Shown here piece after piece: positions 52,574 through 62,396 of a stretch of DNA of 64,000 nt. Origin of the DNA: an uncultured Bacteroidales bacterium (lineage in GTDB: Bacteria > Bacteroidota > Bacteroidia > Bacteroidales > Muribaculaceae). The stretch is taken from positions 13,864-77,863 of the forward strand of contig CAMBDJ010000005.1 in assembly GCA_945865235.1 (NCBI GenBank), in the 5' to 3' direction. Each line of letters starts with the position of its first letter. Position 1 is the first letter of the stretch. The notes beneath the pieces are model-generated. The model had not been told where the DNA came from, ran no database searches, and saw nothing but the letters and a program-made list of their open reading frames with translations. A program made the position numbers and the translations under genes.

Positions 52574-54280
52574 TTAGCGGCGGCCTTTGGTGCGTCGCGT
52601 GGAGGTGCGGGCGTAGTCCTTGTCCTCGGCGGCAACCTCGGCGTACAGGCGCTTGCCCATGAACTCTGAGCCTTTGAGGGCGCCGACTACCTTGGCGGCG
52701 TCGGCAGAGCGGACATCGAACAGCGAGTAGGCCGGCATCAGGTCAATGCGTCCCACATCCACCCGTTTGCCACGGATGGCATGGTTGAGCAGCTCTATGA
52801 GATTTCCGGCGTAAAATCCGTCATTCTTGCCGGCATTGATATAGATGCGCTCCATGCCCGGCTGGGCGGTGCGGCGGTCCTTGTCCTTGGGCGAGACCGG
52901 CTTCCGGTTCTGTTTTTCGGATGACTTGCCGCCACGCTCGCGACGCGGTTTTTCGTCTATGAAATCTATCGTAGGAGCATCCTTGTAATAGTCAAGAAGC
53001 CTGTTGAATTCCAGCGAAAGGATACGTTTGAGCAGGTCCTCGCCCGTGAGCCACGACAGTTTCTTGCTCACTCCGGGGAGGTATTTGTCTATTTCCTCAT
53101 CGTTAACCTTTACTTTCTCTATCCTGTCGGCGAGATTGTACAGCTGTTTCTCAATGATATGTTTGGGTGTGGGCACCTCCTTACGCTCGAATTTCTTGCC
53201 TATGGTACGCTCTATGTCGCGAAGCTTTCCTTTCTCGCGCGAGTGAATGATACTCAGCGAGATACCGGTTTTACCGGCACGTCCGCAACGTCCGCTGCGA
53301 TGCGTGTACACAGCCGTATCGTCGGGCAGTCCATAGTTTATCACATGCGTAAGGTCGTCCACATCCAGGCCGCGGGCGGCGATGTCCGTCGCCACAAGCA
53401 GCGTTATCACACGGTCGCGGAATTTCTTCATGGTGATGTCGCGCTGTTGCTGCGACAAATCGCCATGCAGGGCATCGGCGTTATAGCCATCGGCTATCAG
53501 CTTGTCGGCAATCTCCTGTGTGTCGCGGCGCGTCCGGCAGAACACTATTGCGTAGATATTGGGATTATCGTCGGCTATACGCTTAAGTGCCAGGTACTTG
53601 TCCTTGGCGTTCACCATATAGTATATATGGCGTACCGTCTCGGCTCCCTCATTCCTTGTGCCGATAACCACCTCGGTGGGATCGGTCATGAATTTCTTTG
53701 CTATGCGCTCCACCTCGCGGGGCATAGTGGCGCTGAACATCAACATCTTGCGCTGCTCCGGCACATGAGACAGAATTGCAGTGATAGAGTCTACAAAACC
53801 CATGTTCAGCATCTCGTCGGCCTCGTCAAGTACCACGGTGTGCACATCTCCGAGTTTCACGACTCCCCTGTCTATCAGGTCGATAAGTCGTCCCGGCGTT
53901 GCAACGATTATCTGCACGCCCTTGCGCAGCGCACGAATCTGGCTCTCAATGCTCGAGCCGCCGTATACGGGCAGAATCTCAAGGCCGGCGGTATATTTTG
54001 CCATGTCGGCGAGGTCGGCGGCGATCTGCAGACACAGTTCGCGCGTCGGCGCAAGTATCAGCGCCTGCGGGCTATTGCTGGCAGTGTCTATGCGCTGGAT
54101 TACCGGCAGCCCGAAGGCCGCAGTCTTGCCGGTTCCCGTCTGCGCGAGGGCAACTACGTCACGATGCTCGCCAAGGAGAATGGGTATCACTTTCTGTTGC
54201 ACGGGCATTGGTGATTCAAAACCCATTTCGGCGATGGCGCTGAGCAGGTCGCTGCGCACACCAAGTTCTTCAAATGTCAT
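52574..54280 (-). CDS. DEAD-box RNA helicase with C-terminal DbpA-type RNA-binding domain (DeaD/CshA-like)
   Basis: Q motif, AQTGTGKT, PTRELC, DEAD, SAT, HRSGRCGR, RIYINAGKNDG. Confidence 0.95.
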   Translation of the reverse strand: MTFEELGVRSDLLSAIAEMGFESPMPVQQKVIPILLGEHRDVVALAQTGTGKTAAFGLPVIQRIDTASNSPQALILAPTRELCLQIAADLADMAKYTAGLEILPVYGGSSIESQIRALRKGVQIIVATPGRLIDLIDRGVVKLGDVHTVVLDEADEMLNMGFVDSITAILSHVPEQRKMLMFSATMPREVERIAKKFMTDPTEVVIGTRNEGAETVRHIYYMVNAKDKYLALKRIADDNPNIYAIVFCRTRRDTQEIADKLIADGYNADALHGDLSQQQRDITMKKFRDRVITLLVATDIAARGLDVDDLTHVINYGLPDDTAVYTHRSGRCGRAGKTGISLSIIHSREKGKLRDIERTIGKKFERKEVPTPKHIIEKQLYNLADRIEKVKVNDEEIDKYLPGVSKKLSWLTGEDLLKRILSLEFNRLLDYYKDAPTIDFIDEKPRRERGGKSSEKQNRKPVSPKDKDRRTAQPGMERIYINAGKNDGFYAGNLIELLNHAIRGKRVDVGRIDLMPAYSLFDVRSADAAKVVGALKGSEFMGKRLYAEVAAEDKDYARTSTRRTKGRR

Positions 54281-54321
54281 AATATTTTCTGTGTTTTATG
54301 GCTGAAACTGTCTACACAGCC

Positions 54322-55674
54322 TCATTGGTTATTGACTACCGGCATGCGAGAAAACTGACGGAACTGCATCTTTATAAGTATAAAGGTAACGATAGTTGCA
54401 AGAATGTCGGAAATAGGGAAGGACAGCCAGATGCCGTTCAGTCCCAATAAAGAAGGCAGCCAGAGCATCAGCGGAATCAGGAAAATAGCCTGACGCGTAA
54501 GGGAGAGCAGAATGGACTTTCCTGCTTTTCCGATACTCTGGAAAAAGTTTGTGGATACAACCTGATAGCCCACCACCATGAATGCCAGCAGTGCATGGTG
54601 CAAACATCTCACCGTCGCCGCCACAAGCTCGGGGTCGGGGTTGAAAGCGCGCGCGATAAGGTCGGGCATGGTAATTCCGATTATACATCCTACCGTGCAA
54701 AGCACCGTGGAGGCGTACACCGCATACTTGTACGCGCGCTTCATGCGGTCCCAGTTGCCCGCGCCATAGTTGTATCCCACTATGGGCTGCATACCCTGGC
54801 AGATGCCTATGACCACCATCAGTATCAGCTGGGTATAAGTCACAAACAGCCCGGCGGCACCGATGGCCATGTCGCCGCCCGAGTGCTTGAGCTCGTTGTT
54901 GAGAAGGATATTTATCAGACATCCCACGGCGTTTATCAGCGCCGGAGCGGCACCGATGCTGACAATGCTGATGATTATGCTGCCGCGAAGGCGGTATATG
55001 CCGCGGCGAAACCTTACGGTGCTCTCTTTCTGCATGAAATGCCACATCACAAAGACCATGGCGGTGAACATCGCGATGTCCGTGGCGAGAGCGGCGCCGC
55101 GGATGCCCATTTTTAAGCCTAACACGAATATCAGCGCCAGCACAAGGTTCACACCCGTGGAAATCAGCATTGCCGCCATTGCCCGGCGCGGATAGCCGGA
55201 GGCGCGCTGTATGTTGTTGAAGCTCCACGTCAGGTTCATAAGCAACAGTCCGGGCAGCAGCGTGGACATAAAGTCGTGGGCGTAAGGCAAGGTAACGTCC
55301 GAGGCGCCGAAGGCCCGCAGAATATCGTCAAGGTAGATGGCGAAGAATATCAGATAAAGCGCGCCTAACACCAGTGTGAGTATCAGGGCATTACCCAACA
55401 CATTGTCTGCCTCGGCATTGCGCTTCTGACCAAGGAGGATGCTGACGCGGGCAGCGGAGCCGACGCCAACCAGGGTGCCGAAGGCTGTGGTAAGATTCAT
55501 CACCGGGAATGTGACGGTGAGGCCGGTAATGGCCGCGGCACCGACCTGCTGGCCGATAATCACGCGGTCTATGATATTGTACATCGATACCACGATCATG
55601 CCCACCACCGACGGGATGCTGTATTCCCACAGTAGCCGGCCTATTGATTTATGTGCGAGTTCGTCAATCTTCAT
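54322..55674 (-). CDS. MATE family efflux transporter
   Basis: About 12 TM segments; YNIIDR, GAALAT, GMQPIVGYNYGA. Confidence 0.93.
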   Translation of the reverse strand: MKIDELAHKSIGRLLWEYSIPSVVGMIVVSMYNIIDRVIIGQQVGAAAITGLTVTFPVMNLTTAFGTLVGVGSAARVSILLGQKRNAEADNVLGNALILTLVLGALYLIFFAIYLDDILRAFGASDVTLPYAHDFMSTLLPGLLLMNLTWSFNNIQRASGYPRRAMAAMLISTGVNLVLALIFVLGLKMGIRGAALATDIAMFTAMVFVMWHFMQKESTVRFRRGIYRLRGSIIISIVSIGAAPALINAVGCLINILLNNELKHSGGDMAIGAAGLFVTYTQLILMVVIGICQGMQPIVGYNYGAGNWDRMKRAYKYAVYASTVLCTVGCIIGITMPDLIARAFNPDPELVAATVRCLHHALLAFMVVGYQVVSTNFFQSIGKAGKSILLSLTRQAIFLIPLMLWLPSLLGLNGIWLSFPISDILATIVTFILIKMQFRQFSRMPVVNNQ

Positions 55675-55720
55675 ATATACAGGCTTTTGGCTCCTCGGCT
55701 TTGCCGCACCGTTATTTTAT

Positions 55721-55762
55721 GCACGTACCGAGGCCGCGGCATGCCGCGGCCTCGGTACGTGC
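55721..55762. repeat. Perfect 42-bp palindrome with no spacer
   Basis: GCACGTACCGAGGCCGCGGC-AT-GCCGCGGCCTCGGTACGTGC. Confidence 0.95.
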
Positions 55763-55787
55763 TCGGATCCAATTATCCGTAATTCAA

Positions 55788-56435
55788 TTACTTGCCGGCG
55801 GACAGACGGGCACGCTCGTAATATTTATCTACGTCGGACAGGAACATGGGAAAATCGGTGCGGATTGCGGTATAGCACTCCAGCTCCTTCTCATAGTTCT
55901 TCTGCTCACGGTAGATGTTTGCCTCCTTGAGGAGAACGTAGGGTACCAGCTGGTCATTGCCTTCGGCTTTGTCAAGAGCATCGGCATAGCAGCCGAGAGC
56001 CTCGTCGAACTTCTTGAGGTTCACGTAGCAGTCGCCTTTCAGGCAGTAGATACCTACAGTGATTACGTCAGAGTCAACGCTTGCGTCGTCCAGATAGCCG
56101 ATGGCATCCTGGTATTTGCCGTCCTCATACAGCTTGATGGCGGTGAGGAGTTTGGCGCGCTGGTTGGGGGCATTGCTGCCGGCATCGGCGATGTCCTTGT
56201 ACATTACAGCCTGGATGGAGTCGTTCATCTCCATGTCGGCGACACCGATGGCTTCCTGCGCCTTGGCAACGTTGTTCTGGTGTACAAAGTACCACACAAG
56301 GCCGCCGCAGATGATGGCGACGAATACTACAACGCATGTGATAATGACTTTTTTGTTGACTTTGGCGATCGCGTTACCGCGCTCGGCCTGTTCTTCCATG
56401 ACGTTCGTGGGAACGTTGTTTGAGTTCTTTTCCAT
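55788..56435 (-). CDS. Membrane-anchored TPR protein (YfgM-like)
   Basis: Single N-terminal TM helix followed by TPR helices (GDCYVNLKKFDEALGCY). Confidence 0.82.
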   Translation of the reverse strand: MEKNSNNVPTNVMEEQAERGNAIAKVNKKVIITCVVVFVAIICGGLVWYFVHQNNVAKAQEAIGVADMEMNDSIQAVMYKDIADAGSNAPNQRAKLLTAIKLYEDGKYQDAIGYLDDASVDSDVITVGIYCLKGDCYVNLKKFDEALGCYADALDKAEGNDQLVPYVLLKEANIYREQKNYEKELECYTAIRTDFPMFLSDVDKYYERARLSAGK

Positions 56436-56605
56436 TTATATTATTGAGTTTTTATTATCGAGATATACACAGATTGGAGGCGTGGATTTAATGAGTCCAT
56501 GCTTACGAACTGCAAAATTACGGTTTATTCCTCAAAAATAAAAATAAAAGCGAGTGATTTTTTTGTTTTTCAGCGAAATATCGCGTTTTTTGCTCTGAAA
56601 GAGCC

Positions 56606-57526
56606 CTAAAACCACTTTATATGCTTGAGCCAGAGAAACGCTCCCACCGTAAATATCACTGCTCCGACAATAATAAACAGGAACGCATGCGGGCTGTCAC
56701 TGATGCCGATATCCACATTCATGCCGTAAAAACTTGCAATCAGCGTGGGCACCATCAGCACTATCGTTATGGACGTCATGCGCTTCATTATCATGTTGAC
56801 ATTGTTGGAGATAACCGATGCGTAAGTATCCAGCGTGCCGCTGAGAATCTCGGAGTAGATATTCACTGTGTTCTCGGCCTGTTTTATCTCAATTTCCACA
56901 TCCTCCAGCAGGTCCTGGTCGGGGTCGTCGGTGAACACGTGCCGCAGTCGGTCAATGAGCATCTCGTTGCCACGCAACGAGGTATTGAAGAAAACCAGAG
57001 CCTTCTGCAGCTTCATCAGTTGCATCAGGTCGGAGTTCTTGATGGACTTTTCAAGCTGTTTCTCGGACTCGTTAACTTTGGCGCTGATTACTTTCAGGAA
57101 CTCCAGGAACCAGAATGCCGACGAGTATATTATCCTGAGGGCGAAGGTGCTGTGGTTTGTCACGCAGATGTCCCTGGAGCGGCCGTGGCTGATGAAGTCG
57201 CGCACCACCTCGTTAGGATAATAGCACACTGTCACCACCGTCTGACGGTTGGTGATAATAGCCACGGGGATGGTGTAAATCGGGGTGTCGGGGTTGGACG
57301 AATGTGCCGGGATGCGCACTATTGTGAGCACCCAGTCGCCGTCCCTTTCTATACGCGGACGCTCGTCTATATCATTGGCATACGCCAGTACAAAATCGGG
57401 GATATGGAGTGTCTGCGTCAGGAACGCAAAGTCATTATTGTCAGGGCATTCCACATTTACCCAGCAATCCGGGACCCACTCGTCCAGCTCGCGAAAAGAA
57501 TCTTTCAGACTTATATACTGACGCAT
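56606..57526 (-). CDS. corA: CorA family Mg2+ transporter
   Basis: YGMN signature between two C-terminal TM helices. Confidence 0.93.
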   Translation of the reverse strand: MRQYISLKDSFRELDEWVPDCWVNVECPDNNDFAFLTQTLHIPDFVLAYANDIDERPRIERDGDWVLTIVRIPAHSSNPDTPIYTIPVAIITNRQTVVTVCYYPNEVVRDFISHGRSRDICVTNHSTFALRIIYSSAFWFLEFLKVISAKVNESEKQLEKSIKNSDLMQLMKLQKALVFFNTSLRGNEMLIDRLRHVFTDDPDQDLLEDVEIEIKQAENTVNIYSEILSGTLDTYASVISNNVNMIMKRMTSITIVLMVPTLIASFYGMNVDIGISDSPHAFLFIIVGAVIFTVGAFLWLKHIKWF

Positions 57527-57565
57527 TTCTTTTTTTATATAAAACGCCGCGCCTCGTAATAATGT

Positions 57566-57769
57566 TTATGACAGGGCTTCCAGGGCGGCCTTCAGCTGCT
57601 GATCTGTTGCCGTGAGCCTGCGGCGGCACAGGGCGATCAAATCGGTGGCACGGCGTGTCAGAGCCACCATGTTATCCACGTCGCAATTGTCGCTCTGCAA
57701 TGTCTTTACTATTTTTTCCAGCTCCTTAAGGGCATCGGTATATGAGATGTTTTCCTGTTCAATATCCAT
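57566..57769 (-). CDS. xseB: Exodeoxyribonuclease VII small subunit
   Basis: SYTDALKELEKIV...CRRRL; adjacent to xseA. Confidence 0.9.
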   Translation of the reverse strand: MDIEQENISYTDALKELEKIVKTLQSDNCDVDNMVALTRRATDLIALCRRRLTATDQQLKAALEALS

Positions 57770-57773
57770 ATTA

Positions 57774-59012
57774 TCAACTGATTACTGAGTTAATGCTGCC
57801 ATTGGCAAGAATAGTTTTTATCTGCGTCCCGGGCACTGCGGCGTTGACATCGCGCAAGGCGTGACCATCCGGACCCATAGTCATGGAAAATCCACGTTTC
57901 AGCACAGCCTCCGGCGAGAGAACCTGCACGAGTGCGTCAAGCCTGTCAAGGCGCAGTTTATTGTCCGTCAGCTGTTTATCTACTGCCGTGGCAATTGCCG
58001 TGGCGATAGTGTCCAGACGGGCATTCTGCCGCATGACATTCACAGCCACCATAGCCGGCAGAGACGCGCCGATGCGTGCAAGATGCTCGCGATGGGTGGT
58101 AATCCTCTCGCTCACAGCCATATATATCAGCGATGCCGCACGGTCCAGGGAGTCCAACATCGCTTTTCCGCGGTTTATCAGCCACTCGGCGGCAGCTGTG
58201 GGCGTCTTAACGCGCTGATATGCAACGTAGTCCAGCACGGTTATATCGCGCTCATGCCCGATTCCCACAGTTACCGGCAACGGGAACCTGGCAATCCTCA
58301 CGGCAAGGTCATAATCGTCGAAAGCGGCAAGGTCGCTGGTGCTTCCGCCGCCACGGATTATCACCACGGCGTCGAAGTCGGCGAGGCGGTCCTGAATCTG
58401 CTGCAAGGCGGCCATCACCGAGGGCACGGTACGCTCGCCCTGCATCACGGCCTCAAAAAGCTCAACGTCGAATTTCAGCCGTAAGTCATTATTAAACAGC
58501 TGATTGATAAAGTCTCCGAATCCAGCGGCACCGTGCGCCGAGATTACAGCTATGCGCTGTGTAGGGATAGGCAGCTTCACCGACCGGTTGAGCTGCGTGA
58601 GGCCTTCTTTCTGCAGCCTCATGATAATCTCGTTACGCCTACGCACCGCCTCACCTATGGTGTACGACGGGTCTATATCGCTGATATTCAAGCTAAATCC
58701 GAAAGACGGATGAAACACAACGGTAACGCGTGCCAGGATTTTCATGCCCGTAGCAGGGACGCTGCCGGTGGCGGCAGCAAATTTACGGCATATCGGCGCC
58801 CACATATTCGCCCATGCGTTGGCGCGCATGCGGGCTATGGTCTTTCCGCCGTCGTCCTTCTGCAGCAGCTCCATGTAACAATGCCCGTTGCTGACGCGCA
58901 AATCAGAGGTCTCGGCGGTTACCCAGACATTGGTGAGACCCGGTGCCGATCCCAGCGCCGCGGCAATCCGCTGCGACAGCTCCACGAGTGAAAGATGCAT
59001 GGCGGCAGTCAT
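57774..59012 (-). CDS. xseA: Exodeoxyribonuclease VII large subunit
   Basis: GHCYMEL OB domain, IIRGGGS, GIGHERD, KTPTAAAE, LKRGFS. Confidence 0.95.
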   Translation of the reverse strand: MTAAMHLSLVELSQRIAAALGSAPGLTNVWVTAETSDLRVSNGHCYMELLQKDDGGKTIARMRANAWANMWAPICRKFAAATGSVPATGMKILARVTVVFHPSFGFSLNISDIDPSYTIGEAVRRRNEIIMRLQKEGLTQLNRSVKLPIPTQRIAVISAHGAAGFGDFINQLFNNDLRLKFDVELFEAVMQGERTVPSVMAALQQIQDRLADFDAVVIIRGGGSTSDLAAFDDYDLAVRIARFPLPVTVGIGHERDITVLDYVAYQRVKTPTAAAEWLINRGKAMLDSLDRAASLIYMAVSERITTHREHLARIGASLPAMVAVNVMRQNARLDTIATAIATAVDKQLTDNKLRLDRLDALVQVLSPEAVLKRGFSMTMGPDGHALRDVNAAVPGTQIKTILANGSINSVIS

Positions 59013-59638
59013 TTCTCCAGGCTGAATTTACCTTTGTTCCACCTGTAAAACAGCGCCTTGCGTATATTCTCGGCCAGGAACGCCTTGTCGCCCTCGGCGG
59101 GGAAGTACTCCTCCAGGGTGTTGAACAGCCTCAGCTCCTTACCGACGGGGTCGTATGTGGCGACAGCCAATATAAACGGGATACGCCTTTCCACCTCGGC
59201 GCGATTACCCTCGCCTGCGCGAGTGAGCCAGTCGGCCATCACATATCGCGGCAGCGGAGTGCGGCTTACCGGCTGCCAGTCAGCATTATAGAAGCTTATC
59301 GCAGAATCTTTCTGCGGCAGTTCCAGAGTCTCCACCACCATCAGCGTGGTGTCCGCGCCATCGGAAATCACGAATAAATCCACTTTGGCGCCCGTGCCTA
59401 CGGCAACACTGACAGCGACACTGTCGGCGCGCAACAGCCGCGACTTGCCCTCGTAATAATTGGACACCTCGCGGACCTGCCCGGCCTTGAAATAGTCCAT
59501 CATGTCCATACGGCTGTTCTGCGTCAGCTCCGGGAAGACCCCGTCGGCCCCCGGGGCAGTGAAAAAGTCGGCAGCCGTGCGGCCGGCAGCCGAAACTGCA
59601 GCAACCAGCGCCATAAAATATATTATAATATGCTTCAT
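59009..59638 (-). CDS. Secreted protein, DUF3256-like
   Basis: Signal peptide; FPELTQNSRMDMMDYF; final YRWNKGKF. Confidence 0.75.
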   Translation of the reverse strand: MKHIIIYFMALVAAVSAAGRTAADFFTAPGADGVFPELTQNSRMDMMDYFKAGQVREVSNYYEGKSRLLRADSVAVSVAVGTGAKVDLFVISDGADTTLMVVETLELPQKDSAISFYNADWQPVSRTPLPRYVMADWLTRAGEGNRAEVERRIPFILAVATYDPVGKELRLFNTLEEYFPAEGDKAFLAENIRKALFYRWNKGKFSLEK

Positions 59639-59651
59639 ATTTCCTTGTTTA

Positions 59652-59878
59652 GACCCCGTTCCCCAATATTTGTGAACGCAGGGGTCGCAGATTTCGGTCA
59701 GATTTAGTCTTGCAGGTGAAGGAGCATAGCGGGCTATGTGACTGAACCAAAAGACTAAAGATGGCCGGAAGCTGCGAGAATACGCTAATATTATATTGTT
59801 CGCGGGTGCATGTTTTATTTATTAATTTTAATTTATATTACCCCGCCCCTGCGTTAACAAATATTGGGGAACGGGGTC
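59652..59878. mobile_element. 227-bp MITE-like element with 33-bp terminal inverted repeats and TTA flanking duplication
   Basis: Left GACCCCGTTCCCCAATATTTGTGAACGCAGGGG (59652-59684) against the reverse complement of 59846-59878: 32 of 33 identical. TTA at 59649-59651 and 59879-59881. No coding capacity. Confidence 0.85.
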
Positions 59879-59991
59879 TTAAATTCCGAATACCACACAA
59901 AAGTAACAATTATTTTGCATAGAACAGCTACACATCCCCATTTTTTTGTAAATAATCGCGCCGGGCAACGGCATATTCCGGAAAAAATGAT

Positions 59992-59999
59992 TACTTTTG
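59992..59999 (+). promoter_or_regulatory. -7 element TACTTTTG for tRNA-Arg/rsmA
   Basis: TAnnTTTG match 17 nt before the tRNA 5' end. Confidence 0.65.
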
Positions 60000-60016
60000 C
60001 AGTCTGAAAACGAGAC

Positions 60017-60091
60017 GCCCCGATAGTTCAACGGATAGAATAGAAGTTTCCTAAACTTTAGATAGGAGTTCGATTCTCCTTCGGGGTACCA
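60017..60091 (+). tRNA. trnR: tRNA-Arg (anticodon CCT), CCA encoded
   Basis: Acceptor stem GCCCCGA/TCGGGGT; D-arm GTTC...GAAT; anticodon stem GAAGT/ACTTT with loop TTCCTAA; T-arm AGGAG-TTCGATT-CTCCT; 3' ACCA. Confidence 0.97.
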
Positions 60092-60111
60092 ACCGAAATA
60101 CCACGCAACCC

Positions 60112-60900
60112 ATGACAGCAGTACGCCCCAAGAAGGCCCTTGGCCAACATTTTCTGACAGATCTGTCCGTTGCCGAGCGGATAGCGGGGACAGTGGACTC
60201 CTACCGCGGCCTTCCGGTGCTGGAAGTGGGACCGGGCATGGGCGTGCTCACGCAATTCCTGCTGCGCGACGGCCACGATGTCACCGTGGCTGAGATAGAC
60301 AGCGAGAGCGTAGCCTACCTGCGCACGCATTTCGCAGCACTGGACGGGCGCATTGTGGAGGGCGACTTCCTCACCATGGACCTCTCGGCGATGTTCGGCG
60401 GCCGCCAGTTTGTGGTAATCGGCAATTACCCGTACAACATCTCATCGCAGATATTCTTCAAAGTACTTGAGAACAAGGACCTTATCCCTTGCTGCTCTGG
60501 TATGCTCCAGCGCGAGGTGGCCGAGCGCCTTGCGGCGCCTCCGGGCACCAAGGCCCGCGGCATCCTCAGCGTACTGCTACAGGCCTGGTACCATGTGGAA
60601 TACCTGTTCACCGTGTCCGAGCACGTCTTCAATCCGCCGCCAAAGGTAAAGAGCGGAGTGATACGCATGGTGCGCCGCGACGATATAACCGACCTGGGCT
60701 GCGACCCCATGCTGTTCAAGAGCGTGGTAAAGACCACCTTCGGCCAACGCCGCAAAACCATCCGCAACTCGTTGCGCGGCCTCACCGGCAACGCCCCGCT
60801 CCCGGACAGCCCCCTGCTGGCGCTGCGCCCCGAGCAACTCTCCGTAGAGCAATTCATAGAACTAACCAACCTCACCGACCGGCTCCGTAAAGGATTATAA
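60112..60900 (+). CDS. rsmA: 16S rRNA m6,2A dimethyltransferase
   Basis: KKALGQHFL, LEVGPGMG, GNYPYNIS, FNPPPKV, QRRKT. Confidence 0.96.
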   Translation: MTAVRPKKALGQHFLTDLSVAERIAGTVDSYRGLPVLEVGPGMGVLTQFLLRDGHDVTVAEIDSESVAYLRTHFAALDGRIVEGDFLTMDLSAMFGGRQFVVIGNYPYNISSQIFFKVLENKDLIPCCSGMLQREVAERLAAPPGTKARGILSVLLQAWYHVEYLFTVSEHVFNPPPKVKSGVIRMVRRDDITDLGCDPMLFKSVVKTTFGQRRKTIRNSLRGLTGNAPLPDSPLLALRPEQLSVEQFIELTNLTDRLRKGL

Positions 60901-60903
60901 GCA

Positions 60904-62271
60904 ATGAAGGAATACACCGACGACGATCTTGAGCGCATCCGCGGCATAATCGAGAACAACGATGCCGATGATGCCCGCGCCGAGCTGGCCACGCTGCACC
61001 CCGCGGACATCGCCGAGCTGTACCAGAACCTGGATCTGGAGCAGGCCGAGTACCTGTTCCGGCTGCTTGACGCCGATACCGCCGCCGATGTGCTGATGGA
61101 ACTTGACGAGGACGACCGTCTGAAGCTCCTCGAGGCCATGCCTGCCGAGGACATCGCCAAGCAGATTGACCACCTCGACACCGACGATGCCGTTGACCTC
61201 ATACAGCAGCTTGACGAGGAACAGCGCGACGAAATCCTCTCGCACATCGACGATGTGGAGCAGGCCGGAGACATCGTGGAGCTGCTAAAGTACGACGAGG
61301 ATACCGCCGGCGGTCTGATGGCCACGGAGATGATCGTCGTGAACGAGAACTGGTCCATGCCCGAGTGCATACGCCAGATGCGCCTCCAGGCCGAGGAAAT
61401 GGACGAGATATATTACGTCTACGTTGTGGACGACGACAATAAACTCCGCGGCATTCTGCCGCTGAAGACTATGATTACCGACCCGTCCGTGTCGAAAATC
61501 AAGCACGTGATGGAAACCGACCCGGCCAGTGTCAAGGCAAACGCGCCGATAGACGAGGTCGCGCTTGACTTTGAGAAATACGACCTTGTGGCCATGCCGG
61601 TAATCGACTCCATCGGGCGCCTGCTGGGACAGATCACTGTGGACGACGTGATGGACGAGGTGCGCGAGTCATCCGAGCGCGACTACCAGCTGGCCTCCGG
61701 TATCTCGTCGGACGTTGACGCCGACGACTCCATCTTCGCCCAGGTAAAGGCCCGCATCCCCTGGCTGCTGATAGGCATTATCTCGGGAATCCTGGCATCG
61801 CTGATACTTGGCACTTTCGAGAGCAAGCTGCAGGCTGTGACGGCGCTGGCGCTGTTCATCCCCATCATCGGCGGCACCGGCGGAAACGTGGGCGTACAGG
61901 CCTCGGCCATCGTGGTACAGTCGCTGGCCAACGGCACGCTGGACGTCCGCGAATTCAGCAAACAGTTAGGCAAGGAAGTCCTTATAGGCTTGCTTAACGC
62001 CACCATAATCGCCTCAGTGATATTTATTTACAATATCATCATGCTGCCGGGCGACTTTGCCGTCACCATATCCGTGGCCGTATCGCTGTTCATAGTGGTG
62101 ATGTTCGCCACCATCCTCGGCACGGTGGTGCCGCTGACCCTGGAGAAGCTGAAAATCAACCCCGCGCTGGCCACCGGCCCGTTCATCCAGATTTCCAACG
62201 ACCTGGTGGGCCTGGTGATTTACGTGTGGATCGCCACTTTCTTCCTCGGAGTTTTCGGAACTCCTCTATAG
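60904..62271 (+). CDS. mgtE: Magnesium transporter MgtE
   Basis: HPADIAE N-domain, CBS pair, GGTGGNVGVQ, TGPFIQISND. Confidence 0.95.
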   Translation: MKEYTDDDLERIRGIIENNDADDARAELATLHPADIAELYQNLDLEQAEYLFRLLDADTAADVLMELDEDDRLKLLEAMPAEDIAKQIDHLDTDDAVDLIQQLDEEQRDEILSHIDDVEQAGDIVELLKYDEDTAGGLMATEMIVVNENWSMPECIRQMRLQAEEMDEIYYVYVVDDDNKLRGILPLKTMITDPSVSKIKHVMETDPASVKANAPIDEVALDFEKYDLVAMPVIDSIGRLLGQITVDDVMDEVRESSERDYQLASGISSDVDADDSIFAQVKARIPWLLIGIISGILASLILGTFESKLQAVTALALFIPIIGGTGGNVGVQASAIVVQSLANGTLDVREFSKQLGKEVLIGLLNATIIASVIFIYNIIMLPGDFAVTISVAVSLFIVVMFATILGTVVPLTLEKLKINPALATGPFIQISNDLVGLVIYVWIATFFLGVFGTPL

Positions 62272-62396
62272 ACATACAATCATACGCAGTGTCCGCCTGA
62301 CGGTATGTTCCGCGGGCATTGTCGGTGCGTTTGCACATCAGTACAAAGACATATCACATTTTTCAATAGGTAAAAGATTTTTGACAATTAAAAAAG

